The notes under the pieces: model-generated
Databases searched by the model: none
Told to the model about the DNA's origin: nothing
What the model saw: only the letters and a program-made list of their open reading frames with translations
In this document: one piece after another, positions 48,346 through 57,500 of the stretch
Position numbering within the stretch: position 1 is the first letter of the stretch
Layout: every line of letters begins with the position of its first letter
Source: an uncultured virus (IMG/VR IMGVR_UViG_3300027563_000599)
Lineage: Duplodnaviria > Heunggongvirae > Uroviricota > Caudoviricetes
IMG/VR virus record: IMGVR_UViG_3300027563_000599
Reading direction: 5' to 3' (one strand)
DNA: 64,000 nucleotides
Program-made: the position numbers and the translations under genes

Positions 48346-48645
48346 TTAGAATCCCAACGCTGAACGCAGTGTGCTGATCTTGGGTATGTAGATCAATGTG
48401 TTGATCACAAAGTCCAAGGGTGGCTTGGTCAAGGTGTTGGGATTGCGTTGATAGAACACCCACCACAGGCCCGCATTCTCGTACAGGTCAAAGGCCAAGA
48501 GATCTGGTCTGTACTGATAGGTCTGATTGATTGTAAACGGCAGATCATCACTCTGCGCAGGTATGGGTCTGTTGACCATGACATCTAGAAAAAACTGACT
48601 GTAGCCAGTGGCTGCGTACGGACTGGTTGCGTTGTAGGTTGCCAT
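48346..48645 (-). CDS. gp53: Baseplate wedge subunit, T4 gp53-like (LysM-like)
   Basis: YQYRPDLLAFDLYENAGLWWVF..RN. Confidence 0.8.
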   Translation of the reverse strand: MATYNATSPYAATGYSQFFLDVMVNRPIPAQSDDLPFTINQTYQYRPDLLAFDLYENAGLWWVFYQRNPNTLTKPPLDFVINTLIYIPKISTLRSALGF

Positions 48646-50876
48646 TACCAGAATCCTCCTTTGAGTAGGTCGCCATTGGCATATTGTCGTAGGCTAAACT
48701 GTTGGCTTTGTTGCTGGCGACTTTGAACTGGCAACAGTGTTAAGGCTATTTCAATCTTGGTAGGAACATATGTGGGACTGTTTAGTCCAAAGGTGGCCGG
48801 TGCTGGTTGTGCTGTTTTTCCGCCCTTGGGCAGGCCGGCATTGGCCAGTCGGTTGATTGCGCCGCCAAACAATGGGCCCAGGATGCCACCACCCCAGGTA
48901 GTGCCAGGTGAGCGAGCATTGCCAGCTTGCCGTTGATTCAGCATGTTGCTGTTGTTGACGTTGGGACTGCGAGCACGTATGTAGTCCACATCTGTTGGCA
49001 AGGTATAGGTAAATGAAGTGACCACACAAGGGTGTTCGTTGAATTGATATTCGCCCAGTCCTGTGAGATATACCAAAGGTGGCGGTGTGCCACGTTGGGC
49101 ATCTTGTCCGTAGAACATCTTGGTCACTGACTTGAAAAAATGTATCACTGCCAGCAAGTAGTTGGCTTCGGTTGTGCTTTGTGCAGTGAACGGACAAGAC
49201 AGAGTGACTGCGTCTACTGAACTGCTTTGGTAGTAGTAACCTTTGTAATTGGAGTGTGTGAGATCGTAACTGGAATAGTTGGCCTTGTAGGCAGTGCTGA
49301 TTGCAGGTGTGTAGGGGAATATCACACCGCCTTGATCTTTAAGAGGTTGCAAGATACCAGGTGCCGGTGCTGCATACAAATAATCAGCCTGTGGTGCCAA
49401 GCGTAGCTTAACCCGCCAATCTGCATTGTTGGGATTTCTACGCTGGTTAGCAATGGTGTTTTGTGCTCGTGCCTGATCCAGTGTGGCTTGTTGTTGTGCG
49501 GCCGCTTGTTGTGCAGCCACTTGGTCAAACAGTGCCGCATCTTCGGCTGCTATCTGATCCTCACGTATGGCAGCATCTTCGGCTGCCAACACCCCGTTGG
49601 GGTCAGCTGGACCACGTGATAAATTTTCAAACGCATCAGCGTCGCCCTGAGCTGCTTGTTGTTCTGCTATGGCAGCGTCTTCGGCTGCCAATACCCCCGT
49701 AGGGTCAGTGGGCAAGGTAGTGGGAAACGCTTCGGCGTCACTGCGAGCTATTTCTTCTTGACGTATGGCCTCATCCTCAGCTGCCAGTACTCCTGTAGGA
49801 TCGTTAACTGTTTCGTTCAATCGAAACGCGGCAGCGTCATCAGCAGCAATTTGTTCTTGACGTATGGCCTCATCCTCAGCTGCCAGTACTCCTGTAGGGT
49901 CAGCTGGACCACGTGATAAATTTTCAAATGCATCAGCATCGCTTTGTGCTGCTGCTTGTTCTGCTATGGCTGCATCTTCGGCTGCCAACACCCCATTGTC
50001 AGCCGGGCCACGTGATAAATTTTCAAATGCATCAGCATCGCTTTGCGCAATTGCCTCATCCTCAGCAGCCAGTACTCCATTTGGGTCAGCTGGGCCACGT
50101 GATAAATTTTCAAATGCATCAGCATCGCTTTGTGCAATGGCATCGTCTTCGGCTGCCAACACCCCATTGGGGTCAGCTGGGCCACGTGATAAATTTTCAA
50201 ATGCATCAGCATCGCTTTGTGCAATTGCATCGTCTTCGGCTGCCAACACCCCATTGGGGTCAGCTGGTCCTACTGTTTGGAACGCAGCAGTGTCATCATC
50301 ACCAAAGCCTGTGCCGGCGGTGGCTGGATTTACTGTAGGAGTACTTTTTGGTACTGCTGTGCTGGCCGGCAAAACATCCTTTGTGCTTTTGAAGATACCT
50401 CCAATCCTGCTGGCCAAGGCGGCAGTAGCCAATGGGTTGGCTACAGCAGCGCCCAGTGCAACTGCACCCAATGTGTCTAATAGTCCGCTTGAATTGCTCA
50501 ACATGCTGCCTGTTCTGGGCGACGGTGTTGACACATTGTAAGGCAGTTGTTTGTTGGCCGGGTCGATTAATGGACTCACACTACCATTTTGGTTGCCAGC
50601 TGCCGCAAGTGAATTAGGAACACCAGGACCGGTGGAGGGCGGGGTTTTTCCAGCAGCAGAGGTCACTGCCGCTGTGGCATTGTTTGAAGCCAGTTGTGTG
50701 GATTTTACTGCTTCGGTAGCAGCTTCAACTGCTGCCAGTGCCGCAGGAGAAGGTGTTCGGCCAGCTTTTTGTGCTGCAATCACTGTGTTTTGCGCCGCTG
50801 CCAGTGTTTTGGTCGCGACAGCAAGTTCACGCTGTGCTTGTGAGGCCTGTGCTGTTAGTGATGGGGTGGTTGCCAT
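48645..50876 (-). CDS. Baseplate/tail-tube junction protein (gp48/gp54-like C-terminal domain) with N-terminal repeat region
   Basis: DWRVKL, GVIFPYTP, THSNY, HFFKSVTKMFYG, GTPPP, PCVVTSF; start moved to the ATG at 50876 (AGGA Shine-Dalgarno). Confidence 0.65.
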   Translation of the reverse strand: MATTPSLTAQASQAQRELAVATKTLAAAQNTVIAAQKAGRTPSPAALAAVEAATEAVKSTQLASNNATAAVTSAAGKTPPSTGPGVPNSLAAAGNQNGSVSPLIDPANKQLPYNVSTPSPRTGSMLSNSSGLLDTLGAVALGAAVANPLATAALASRIGGIFKSTKDVLPASTAVPKSTPTVNPATAGTGFGDDDTAAFQTVGPADPNGVLAAEDDAIAQSDADAFENLSRGPADPNGVLAAEDDAIAQSDADAFENLSRGPADPNGVLAAEDEAIAQSDADAFENLSRGPADNGVLAAEDAAIAEQAAAQSDADAFENLSRGPADPTGVLAAEDEAIRQEQIAADDAAAFRLNETVNDPTGVLAAEDEAIRQEEIARSDAEAFPTTLPTDPTGVLAAEDAAIAEQQAAQGDADAFENLSRGPADPNGVLAAEDAAIREDQIAAEDAALFDQVAAQQAAAQQQATLDQARAQNTIANQRRNPNNADWRVKLRLAPQADYLYAAPAPGILQPLKDQGGVIFPYTPAISTAYKANYSSYDLTHSNYKGYYYQSSSVDAVTLSCPFTAQSTTEANYLLAVIHFFKSVTKMFYGQDAQRGTPPPLVYLTGLGEYQFNEHPCVVTSFTYTLPTDVDYIRARSPNVNNSNMLNQRQAGNARSPGTTWGGGILGPLFGGAINRLANAGLPKGGKTAQPAPATFGLNSPTYVPTKIEIALTLLPVQSRQQQSQQFSLRQYANGDLLKGGFW
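49528..50299 (-). repeat. Tandem coding repeat, 8 copies of a ~29-34-aa unit (GPADPNGVLAAEDDAIAQSDADAFENLSR); core period 87 nt
   Basis: Eight GVLAAED cores; near-identical DNA units such as ccacgtgataaattttcaaatgcatcagcatcgctttg. Confidence 0.95.
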
Positions 50877-50894
50877 GGTCTTTTTCCTATACAA

Positions 50895-50914
50895 TATTTA
50901 TCGCAAAAATAAAC
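50895..50914 (-). promoter_or_regulatory. Late promoter with extended element GTTTATTTTTGCGATAAATA
   Basis: Heads the baseplate operon; near-identical to 41393..41412. Confidence 0.65.
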
Positions 50915-50934
50915 TGGTCATATAATGATAAAGG

Positions 50935-50967
50935 TTGACAATGCAGTAAAAAGTGTTATAATAAATA
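50935..50967 (+). promoter_or_regulatory. Consensus sigma70 promoter TTGACA-16-TATAAT (extended -10 TGn) overlapping a late ATAAATA box
   Basis: TTGACA 50935-40, TATAAT 50957-62, ATAAATA 50961-67, Shine-Dalgarno AAGGAG then GTG at 50989. Confidence 0.8.
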
Positions 50968-50988
50968 CATTACAAGGAGACACTGCCT

Positions 50989-51978
50989 GTGGCTACAAAA
51001 CGCACAATATCAACCCTGGATCCTACCAAATCCATATCTGCACCCATTGCACCCAAAGTTAATTATCTCAACAACAGAGACATTTTAAAAGAAATTCACG
51101 CCAGCAAGAACACCTATTGCTACTACAGAGATCCTGCTGTGGACAGCCAATATGACATTATCTTGGCCAGCCTGGAGAAAATCAATCAGCGAACCATTGC
51201 TGAGGCACGTAGGAATCGAGCAGACCGGCTCAAACGCGAAGGCACTATTGTGGATCCGGTAAAAATTCCCAATACCGATCTAGTGTTTAGAATCGCCTGC
51301 TGGGATCATATCCCAATGGCAGAGAAAAAGATTCCCAAGTCTGCGCAGAAGAAAAAACAAAAACTCGAAGATCTATTGGAGTTTGATGCTGAAGAAGAAA
51401 TTGATGATTCCTTAGGTGAGTTACTGGATGATGTAATATTGAATCCTGTACGACAGCGTCTGAACTTTCCGCCGTTTGAACACTGGCGCCTGGACGAAAA
51501 CAAAGAACGTGTTTGTGTAGGCCGCAGTCACTGGCTGGGTGATTTAGAAACTGGTGTGTTCAGCCGAGACCATGGCAACATGACACGCAAGCTGGCACAC
51601 ATGTTCATGAAACTGTGTGAACGCTATGCCACACGATCAAACTGGAGAGGCTACACCTACAACGAAGAAATGCGCGGCCAGGCCTTGCTGCAACTCAGTC
51701 AAATTGGATTGCAATTCGACGAATCAAAATCACAAAATCCATTTGCCTACTACACCGCAGCCATCACCAACAGCTTTACTCGCATCTTAAATTTGGAAAA
51801 GAAAAGCCAAAACATCCGCGATGACATATTAGAAATCAACGGACTTAGCCCTAGTTGGACACGTCAAAATTCCGGGAAGGCCAGCATGGCAGCTCTGAGT
51901 GGACCAGTTACTGTTACCACTTACATTGTGGACAAGCCAGTGGAAGAAACCCATTTGGATTCCAACAACATTGTGTAA
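50989..51978 (+). CDS. gp55: Late-transcription sigma factor, T4 gp55-like
   Basis: NYLNNRDIL; LCERYATRSNWRGYTYNEEM..QALLQL....QFDESKSQNPFAYYT....NSFTRILNLEKK; 55-47-46 gene order as in T4. Confidence 0.85.
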   Translation: MATKRTISTLDPTKSISAPIAPKVNYLNNRDILKEIHASKNTYCYYRDPAVDSQYDIILASLEKINQRTIAEARRNRADRLKREGTIVDPVKIPNTDLVFRIACWDHIPMAEKKIPKSAQKKKQKLEDLLEFDAEEEIDDSLGELLDDVILNPVRQRLNFPPFEHWRLDENKERVCVGRSHWLGDLETGVFSRDHGNMTRKLAHMFMKLCERYATRSNWRGYTYNEEMRGQALLQLSQIGLQFDESKSQNPFAYYTAAITNSFTRILNLEKKSQNIRDDILEINGLSPSWTRQNSGKASMAALSGPVTVTTYIVDKPVEETHLDSNNIV

Positions 51979-51990
51979 TTTTACAAGCCC

Positions 51991-52875
51991 ATGACCATTG
52001 CTATTGTATATAACGGTGGAAGTTATGGTACCTATCTCGAATGGGTACTCACTACCTTAACTACTGATAATCCTATTATAGCCCCGTTTAGTTCAAACGG
52101 AAACAGCCATCAATTTGGGAGTGGTGCGGGCAACATACATTCTTCTAAATGGAAAGCAGTTGCCAACAAAGAAAAGTCCTGTTTGTTTGTTCGGCTGCAT
52201 CCAAAAAATCACCAACACGAAGTACTAGATAATAATTTAAATCAAATTTTGGATGTTGCAGAAAAAATTATATATCTGTATCCAGGCCACGATTCGGTGT
52301 TGTTAAATGTAAACAACTTCTATTCAAAAATTTGGTTAGATTGGTGGAGTGCGCGATTATTAGATCCAGTATTTGCTGACAACTTGTACAGCAATTGGCC
52401 AGTTGAACGAGATACGCCTGTTGATCAAATACCGGTCTGGATAAAGAGAGAAATACTCAGTTTTAACTTGATGCCGGCCTGGGAGGACCAAGTGGAATGG
52501 TATCACCCAGACCGATGGAATCACCCACGATGTCAATTGGTATTGATTAACCAACTGTTGTATGATTTTGAATTGACTCTGCTGAAGTTACAGGAATTTT
52601 GCAATTTGGAATTCAAAAAGGACATTGGTGATCTTGTTCCATTCCACCATACTATGTTGTCACTGCAACAGCATCTTTCTCAAGATCAATTGTGTCACCG
52701 CATAGTTGACTGTACGCTGAACAATCAAATGTTTGAATGGACAGACATTCCTTTGCCCAGTCAAAGTTGGATACAATGGCAATTGAGAAACCTGGGCTAC
52801 GAAATTCGCTGTTATGAGCTTGACATGTTTCCGACAAATAGTGTACAATTAAAAAAACTACTTTATACTGTATGA
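51991..52875 (+). CDS. Hypothetical protein, possibly P-loop sulfotransferase-like fold
   Basis: N-terminal IVYNGGSYGTYLEWVL and GNSH; paralogous start to 53882..54682. Confidence 0.4.
   Translation: MTIAIVYNGGSYGTYLEWVLTTLTTDNPIIAPFSSNGNSHQFGSGAGNIHSSKWKAVANKEKSCLFVRLHPKNHQHEVLDNNLNQILDVAEKIIYLYPGHDSVLLNVNNFYSKIWLDWWSARLLDPVFADNLYSNWPVERDTPVDQIPVWIKREILSFNLMPAWEDQVEWYHPDRWNHPRCQLVLINQLLYDFELTLLKLQEFCNLEFKKDIGDLVPFHHTMLSLQQHLSQDQLCHRIVDCTLNNQMFEWTDIPLPSQSWIQWQLRNLGYEIRCYELDMFPTNSVQLKKLLYTV
52820..52849 (+). promoter_or_regulatory. Sigma70-type promoter TTGACA-18-TACAAT inside the upstream ORF, in front of gp47
   Basis: TTGACA 52820-25, TACAAT 52844-49, gp47 ATG at 52872. Confidence 0.5.
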
Positions 52876-53885
52876 ATCTTTTTAAAAAAGCTGCGGTCTT
52901 TACTGACATACATTTTGGACTCAAGTCGAATTCGGTACTACACAACGAAGACTGTTTGGCTTTTGTGAAATGGGCCACAACCAAGGCTCGCGAAGAGGGT
53001 TGTGAAACCTGTTTGTTCCTGGGCGACTGGCACAATAACCGATCCAGTTTGAACATTGTCACACTGAACTACAGCCTACAAGCACTGGAGCACATGAATG
53101 CAAATTTTGACACTGTTTACTTTATCCCTGGCAACCACGATCTATATTATCGCGATAAACGTGATATACAAAGCGTGGAATGGGCTAAACATCTTCCGAA
53201 TGTGGTCATATGTAACAATTGGTTTAATAGTGGCGACGTGGTTATCGCTCCTTGGCTCTGCGGAGATGATTACAAGCGTATTCCCAAACTAACAGGCAAG
53301 TACATGTTTGGGCACTTTGAACTGCCCGGTTACTTGATGAACGCCATGGTAGAGATGCCGGACCACGGCGAAGTACGTAGAGAAGACTTCAACAACTTTG
53401 AACATGTGTTTACTGGACACTTTCACAAGCGGCAGACTAAAAAGAACATTACCTACATTGGCAATTGCTTTCCACACAACTATGCCGACGCTGGCGATGA
53501 TGAGCGTGGTATGATGATCTTAGAATGGGGCCAGGAACCAGCGTTTCATGCTTGGCCTGATCAACCGCGTTATCGTGTGCTGGGGCTCAGCAACATTATT
53601 GATAATGCACCCACTTTACTTGCAAAAGACATGCATGTTCGTGTGCAGTTAGACATTGAGATTTCGTACGAAGAAGCCAACTTTATCAAAGAGACCTACA
53701 TCAAAGAATACAGTCTTAGAGAAATGGCTCTGATTCCAAACAAGGCAGCCGGCGTAGATACAGACATGGCGCCAGGCGAAGTAAAGTTTGAGTCAGTGGA
53801 TCAAATTGTCACAGACCAACTTACCAATATTGAGAGTGAGTTTTACGATAACAAACTATTGCTAAAGATTTATCAGACTTTATGA
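52872..53885 (+). CDS. gp47: Recombination endonuclease subunit, T4 gp47/Mre11/SbcD-like
   Basis: Metallophosphoesterase motifs TDIHFG, LGDWH, PGNHD, GHFE, TGHFH. Confidence 0.92.
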   Translation: MNLFKKAAVFTDIHFGLKSNSVLHNEDCLAFVKWATTKAREEGCETCLFLGDWHNNRSSLNIVTLNYSLQALEHMNANFDTVYFIPGNHDLYYRDKRDIQSVEWAKHLPNVVICNNWFNSGDVVIAPWLCGDDYKRIPKLTGKYMFGHFELPGYLMNAMVEMPDHGEVRREDFNNFEHVFTGHFHKRQTKKNITYIGNCFPHNYADAGDDERGMMILEWGQEPAFHAWPDQPRYRVLGLSNIIDNAPTLLAKDMHVRVQLDIEISYEEANFIKETYIKEYSLREMALIPNKAAGVDTDMAPGEVKFESVDQIVTDQLTNIESEFYDNKLLLKIYQTL

Positions 53886-54682
53886 TTTATTGTGTTTGGT
53901 ACCCCAGTGGTGGGTTTGGTCACTTTGTTAATGCTGTGCTGACCCTTCACGGTATTGGATTTGTTAGACCAAAGAATCAACTGAGATTTTCCAAAAACGG
54001 CAATAGTCATAATCTTGATCTAGTGGTCCCTAAGTATTCAAAAGAATGCTGGCCCGGTGGGATAGAATTTCTCAACGATAAAAATTATTGTGTGCTAGTG
54101 GACAACGGAATCAATAGCGAATCAACTCAATTCAAGTCTAATTTTCCTAACTCAAAAATTATTAAAATTTGCTATTCTGACCGCAGTTGGCCTGTGGTGG
54201 CTCGTACCATGATTGAAAAAACCATGAAAAGTAGCATTGACAAACAATTGCCAACTGATAACTGGGACACCAGTGCTCCGTGGGCACAACGAGAAAAGTA
54301 TTTTTTATTTTTACGTGATCATGATCTAAGACATGCCTGGAGATCCACAGATGACAGTGCATTGTACATAGAAGAATTATATGAAAATTATGATGAGTTT
54401 TTTAACATTGTAAACTCTTTTGTCAAAATAGAACAGTGTGAAGATTTATGGATGCAGTGGAGGAAATCAAATGCTGTTTATATTGATCCAGTTGTAATTG
54501 CCAAAAACATAGTAGGTGATGTACTTGCAAAATGGTCTACCGACTTAACCCATATCAAAGATGTTTGGACCCAAGCTGTGGTTTACTATTATATTTGGTT
54601 AAAGTTCGGAATAGAAGTTCCGCACAACGATTTTGCTGATTTTTTTTCTAATACCAAACAGATCATAGAGTTAGTTGAATGA
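53882..54682 (+). CDS. Hypothetical protein, possibly P-loop sulfotransferase-like fold
   Basis: N-terminal VWYPSGGFGHFVNAVL and GNSH. Confidence 0.4.
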   Translation: MIYCVWYPSGGFGHFVNAVLTLHGIGFVRPKNQLRFSKNGNSHNLDLVVPKYSKECWPGGIEFLNDKNYCVLVDNGINSESTQFKSNFPNSKIIKICYSDRSWPVVARTMIEKTMKSSIDKQLPTDNWDTSAPWAQREKYFLFLRDHDLRHAWRSTDDSALYIEELYENYDEFFNIVNSFVKIEQCEDLWMQWRKSNAVYIDPVVIAKNIVGDVLAKWSTDLTHIKDVWTQAVVYYYIWLKFGIEVPHNDFADFFSNTKQIIELVE

Positions 54683-55422
54683 AATTATTAACAATAGCAG
54701 ATGGCTACGGAGATAGTGTCGCAGTACCGTTGTGGTACACCAAGTACTGGAAATGGCCGGAAATTATTAATTTGATGACCAAGGGTGTAACTCTCAATAA
54801 CTGTAGTAGGTACGGAGCCGGCAACGAGTTTATTGTTAATCAGTTAAAAAATAATATTGATTCTGCCGACGTGGTAATGATACAGTGGGCAAAACCTAAT
54901 AGATTAGATCTAGTTCTTGCCCATCTTGATTCTAAATTTTGGAAAGATGTTATTGCAAGTGATCAAGTGTACCACAACAATGTGGCAGATTGTGGCAACA
55001 ATAAATTTTGGATTAGCAGTGGGTCTCAGACTGAGGCCATTCAAGAATACCACCAACGGTATATATCTGTCAAACAGCACCAAATGCGATCGCAAATATT
55101 TGTAGAGTATGCTAAAATGTTACTTGAGCATCACAATATTGATTATCGATTCATGCTTGTGGATGATAGTGAGTATCTCGGAATTGATGCCAATTGGGTT
55201 TGTCACGAACCATTCAAGGGCATGAATAATTTTAGGTACAAAAGCAAATATCGTGAGTTAGAATTAGGTATCAAACAACCTACTCCGTTAGTGGCATTTG
55301 ATTTTATCAAGCAGTATATTATGCCCAGCATCGACTTACAATGGCGCAGTAGTCGCGAAATTGATGCAGTTGAAAACATGCTGTATCGACATTACCAGGA
55401 AGCCGTAAAAAATAAACCATGA
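54679..55422 (+). CDS. Degenerate SGNH-fold protein
   Basis: LLTIADG, W..WPEII, SRYGAGNEFI, IQWAKPNRLD, QPTP; catalytic Ser and His apparently lost. Confidence 0.5.
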   Translation: MKLLTIADGYGDSVAVPLWYTKYWKWPEIINLMTKGVTLNNCSRYGAGNEFIVNQLKNNIDSADVVMIQWAKPNRLDLVLAHLDSKFWKDVIASDQVYHNNVADCGNNKFWISSGSQTEAIQEYHQRYISVKQHQMRSQIFVEYAKMLLEHHNIDYRFMLVDDSEYLGIDANWVCHEPFKGMNNFRYKSKYRELELGIKQPTPLVAFDFIKQYIMPSIDLQWRSSREIDAVENMLYRHYQEAVKNKP

Positions 55423-57500
55423 TCCAAATTAAAAATTTAACTGTTAAGAACTTTATGAGTGTGGGCAATGCTACACAAGGTATTGACTTTAACCGTAACG
55501 ACCTTACATTGGTACTGGGCGAGAACTTAGACTTAGGTGGCGATGGCTCGCGCAACGGCACAGGCAAGACCACAATCATCAATGCATTGAGTTATGCCCT
55601 GTATGGACAAGCATTAAGCAACATTCGCAAGGATAATCTTGTGAACAAAACCAACAGCAAAGGCATGTTGGTCAGTTTGGACTTTGTTGTAAACGGTCAA
55701 GAATACAAGATTGAGCGTGGGCGTAAACCCAACGTATTGCGTTTTTATGTCAACAACGAAGCTCAAGTGGCCACAGACGAAGCACAAGGTGACAGTCGCG
55801 AAACACAGGATGCCATTGAACGTGTTATGAACATGAGTCACGACATGTTCAAACATGTGTTGGCCTTGAACACCTACACTGAACCATTCTTGAGTTTGAA
55901 GGCCAACGACCAGCGTAATATCATTGAACAGTTGTTGGGCATTACCTTGCTTTCGGAACGTGCAGATGCTATCAAAGAACTCAATCGTCAAACCAAAGAC
56001 AGTGTCAGTCAAGAAGAATTCCGTATCCGTGCAGAACAAGAAGCTAACCGACGCATTGAAGAACAGATCGAAAGTTTGAAACGCAGACAAGTGCTGTGGC
56101 AGAAGAAGTACGACAGTGATGTTGCGTACCTTGTGGCACAATATGATGATCTAGCAAAAATTGATATTGAGGTAGAACTGCTGGCTCACAAAGATCTAGC
56201 TGTGTGGACCGCAAGAAAACAACAGCAAGACGCATACATTGCTCTTGTGGGTCGACAGACTGCATGGAAGCAAAAACAAGACCGAGACATTAGAGAGTTA
56301 GAATCATCTTACAATGATCTCAGTCATATTGATATTCAGGCAGAATTACAGGCACACGTGGACTTGGCCGCACACACACAACAAGCCAAGGACATTGCTG
56401 AGCTTGAGAAGCTGATTGCTAGGTGTGTAGTTGACGAAGAAAAAGAACAAAAGACCATTGACAAACTTCGGACCGAAATTGAAGAGTTAAAAAATCACAA
56501 GTGCTATGCCTGTGGGCAAGACTTTCACGACGCCAATCACGAAACAGTGTTGGCCACTAAAGAAAAAGCCCTACAAGAAGCCGCACTGCAAGCACTGGCT
56601 ACCAACGGTCAGTGGATGGAAAATACAGATGCATTACGAGCACTAGGTGCCTTGGGTGCTAAACCTACCACACACTACCGAACAGAAACAGAAGCCATTC
56701 GTCATTCAAGTGAACTGGAAAACATTCAGCACAAGATTGATGCCAAACGTGCAGAAACAGACCCATATGCCGAACAGCTGGCAGAGCACACGCCTGTAGA
56801 AGCGGGCACACCGCCTGTTACACACTACGATACAGAAGCACAAGCTGTTGATCATCGCGGTCGTATGAACACCTTGCTGACACAGATTGCCACTAAGGGT
56901 GAAGAGAAAGATCCTTATACTGAACAAATTGCCGAAATGCAACACCAGGCATTGCAGACTGTGAGTTATGATGCACTCAACGAACTCACACGCTTGCAAG
57001 AGCATCAAGACTTCTTACTCAAACTGTTGACATCAAAAGATTCATTTGTTCGCAAGAAGATCATTGATCAGAATTTGAGTTACCTAAATTCAAGACTCAC
57101 ACACTATTTGGATCGTATTGGATTACCACACACTGTAAAGTTCCAGAATGATTTAACTGTAAGCATTGAAGAACTGGGTCGTGAGTTGGACTTTGACAAC
57201 TTGAGTCGTGGCGAACGTAACCGATTGATCTTGAGCATGAGCTGGGCATTCCGCGATGTATGGGAAAGTTTATACAGCCCAATCAACCTGTTGTTTATTG
57301 ACGAACTGATTGACAATGGACTAGACACGCAAGGCGTGGAGAATGCATTGGCCTTGCTGAAGAAAATGAGTCGTGAACGTCACAAGTCAATCTGGCTCGT
57401 GAGTCACAGAGATGAGCTTGCTGGACGTGTGGAGAACATTCTCAAAGTGATCAAAGAAAACGGCTTTACTAGTTACAACACGGATGTTGACCTTGCGTGA
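55419..57500 (+). CDS. gp46: Recombination endonuclease ATPase subunit, T4 gp46/Rad50/SbcC-like
   Basis: KNFMSVGN, Walker A NGTGKTT, zinc hook CYAC, signature LSRGE, Walker B LFIDE, VSH. Confidence 0.95.
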   Translation: MIQIKNLTVKNFMSVGNATQGIDFNRNDLTLVLGENLDLGGDGSRNGTGKTTIINALSYALYGQALSNIRKDNLVNKTNSKGMLVSLDFVVNGQEYKIERGRKPNVLRFYVNNEAQVATDEAQGDSRETQDAIERVMNMSHDMFKHVLALNTYTEPFLSLKANDQRNIIEQLLGITLLSERADAIKELNRQTKDSVSQEEFRIRAEQEANRRIEEQIESLKRRQVLWQKKYDSDVAYLVAQYDDLAKIDIEVELLAHKDLAVWTARKQQQDAYIALVGRQTAWKQKQDRDIRELESSYNDLSHIDIQAELQAHVDLAAHTQQAKDIAELEKLIARCVVDEEKEQKTIDKLRTEIEELKNHKCYACGQDFHDANHETVLATKEKALQEAALQALATNGQWMENTDALRALGALGAKPTTHYRTETEAIRHSSELENIQHKIDAKRAETDPYAEQLAEHTPVEAGTPPVTHYDTEAQAVDHRGRMNTLLTQIATKGEEKDPYTEQIAEMQHQALQTVSYDALNELTRLQEHQDFLLKLLTSKDSFVRKKIIDQNLSYLNSRLTHYLDRIGLPHTVKFQNDLTVSIEELGRELDFDNLSRGERNRLILSMSWAFRDVWESLYSPINLLFIDELIDNGLDTQGVENALALLKKMSRERHKSIWLVSHRDELAGRVENILKVIKENGFTSYNTDVDLA

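Noticed and set aside
49528..50299. Tandem DNA repeats as a CRISPR array or guide-RNA array
   Set aside because: Unit lengths are multiples of 3, variation is mostly synonymous, there are no unique spacers and no cas genes; this is a coding repeat
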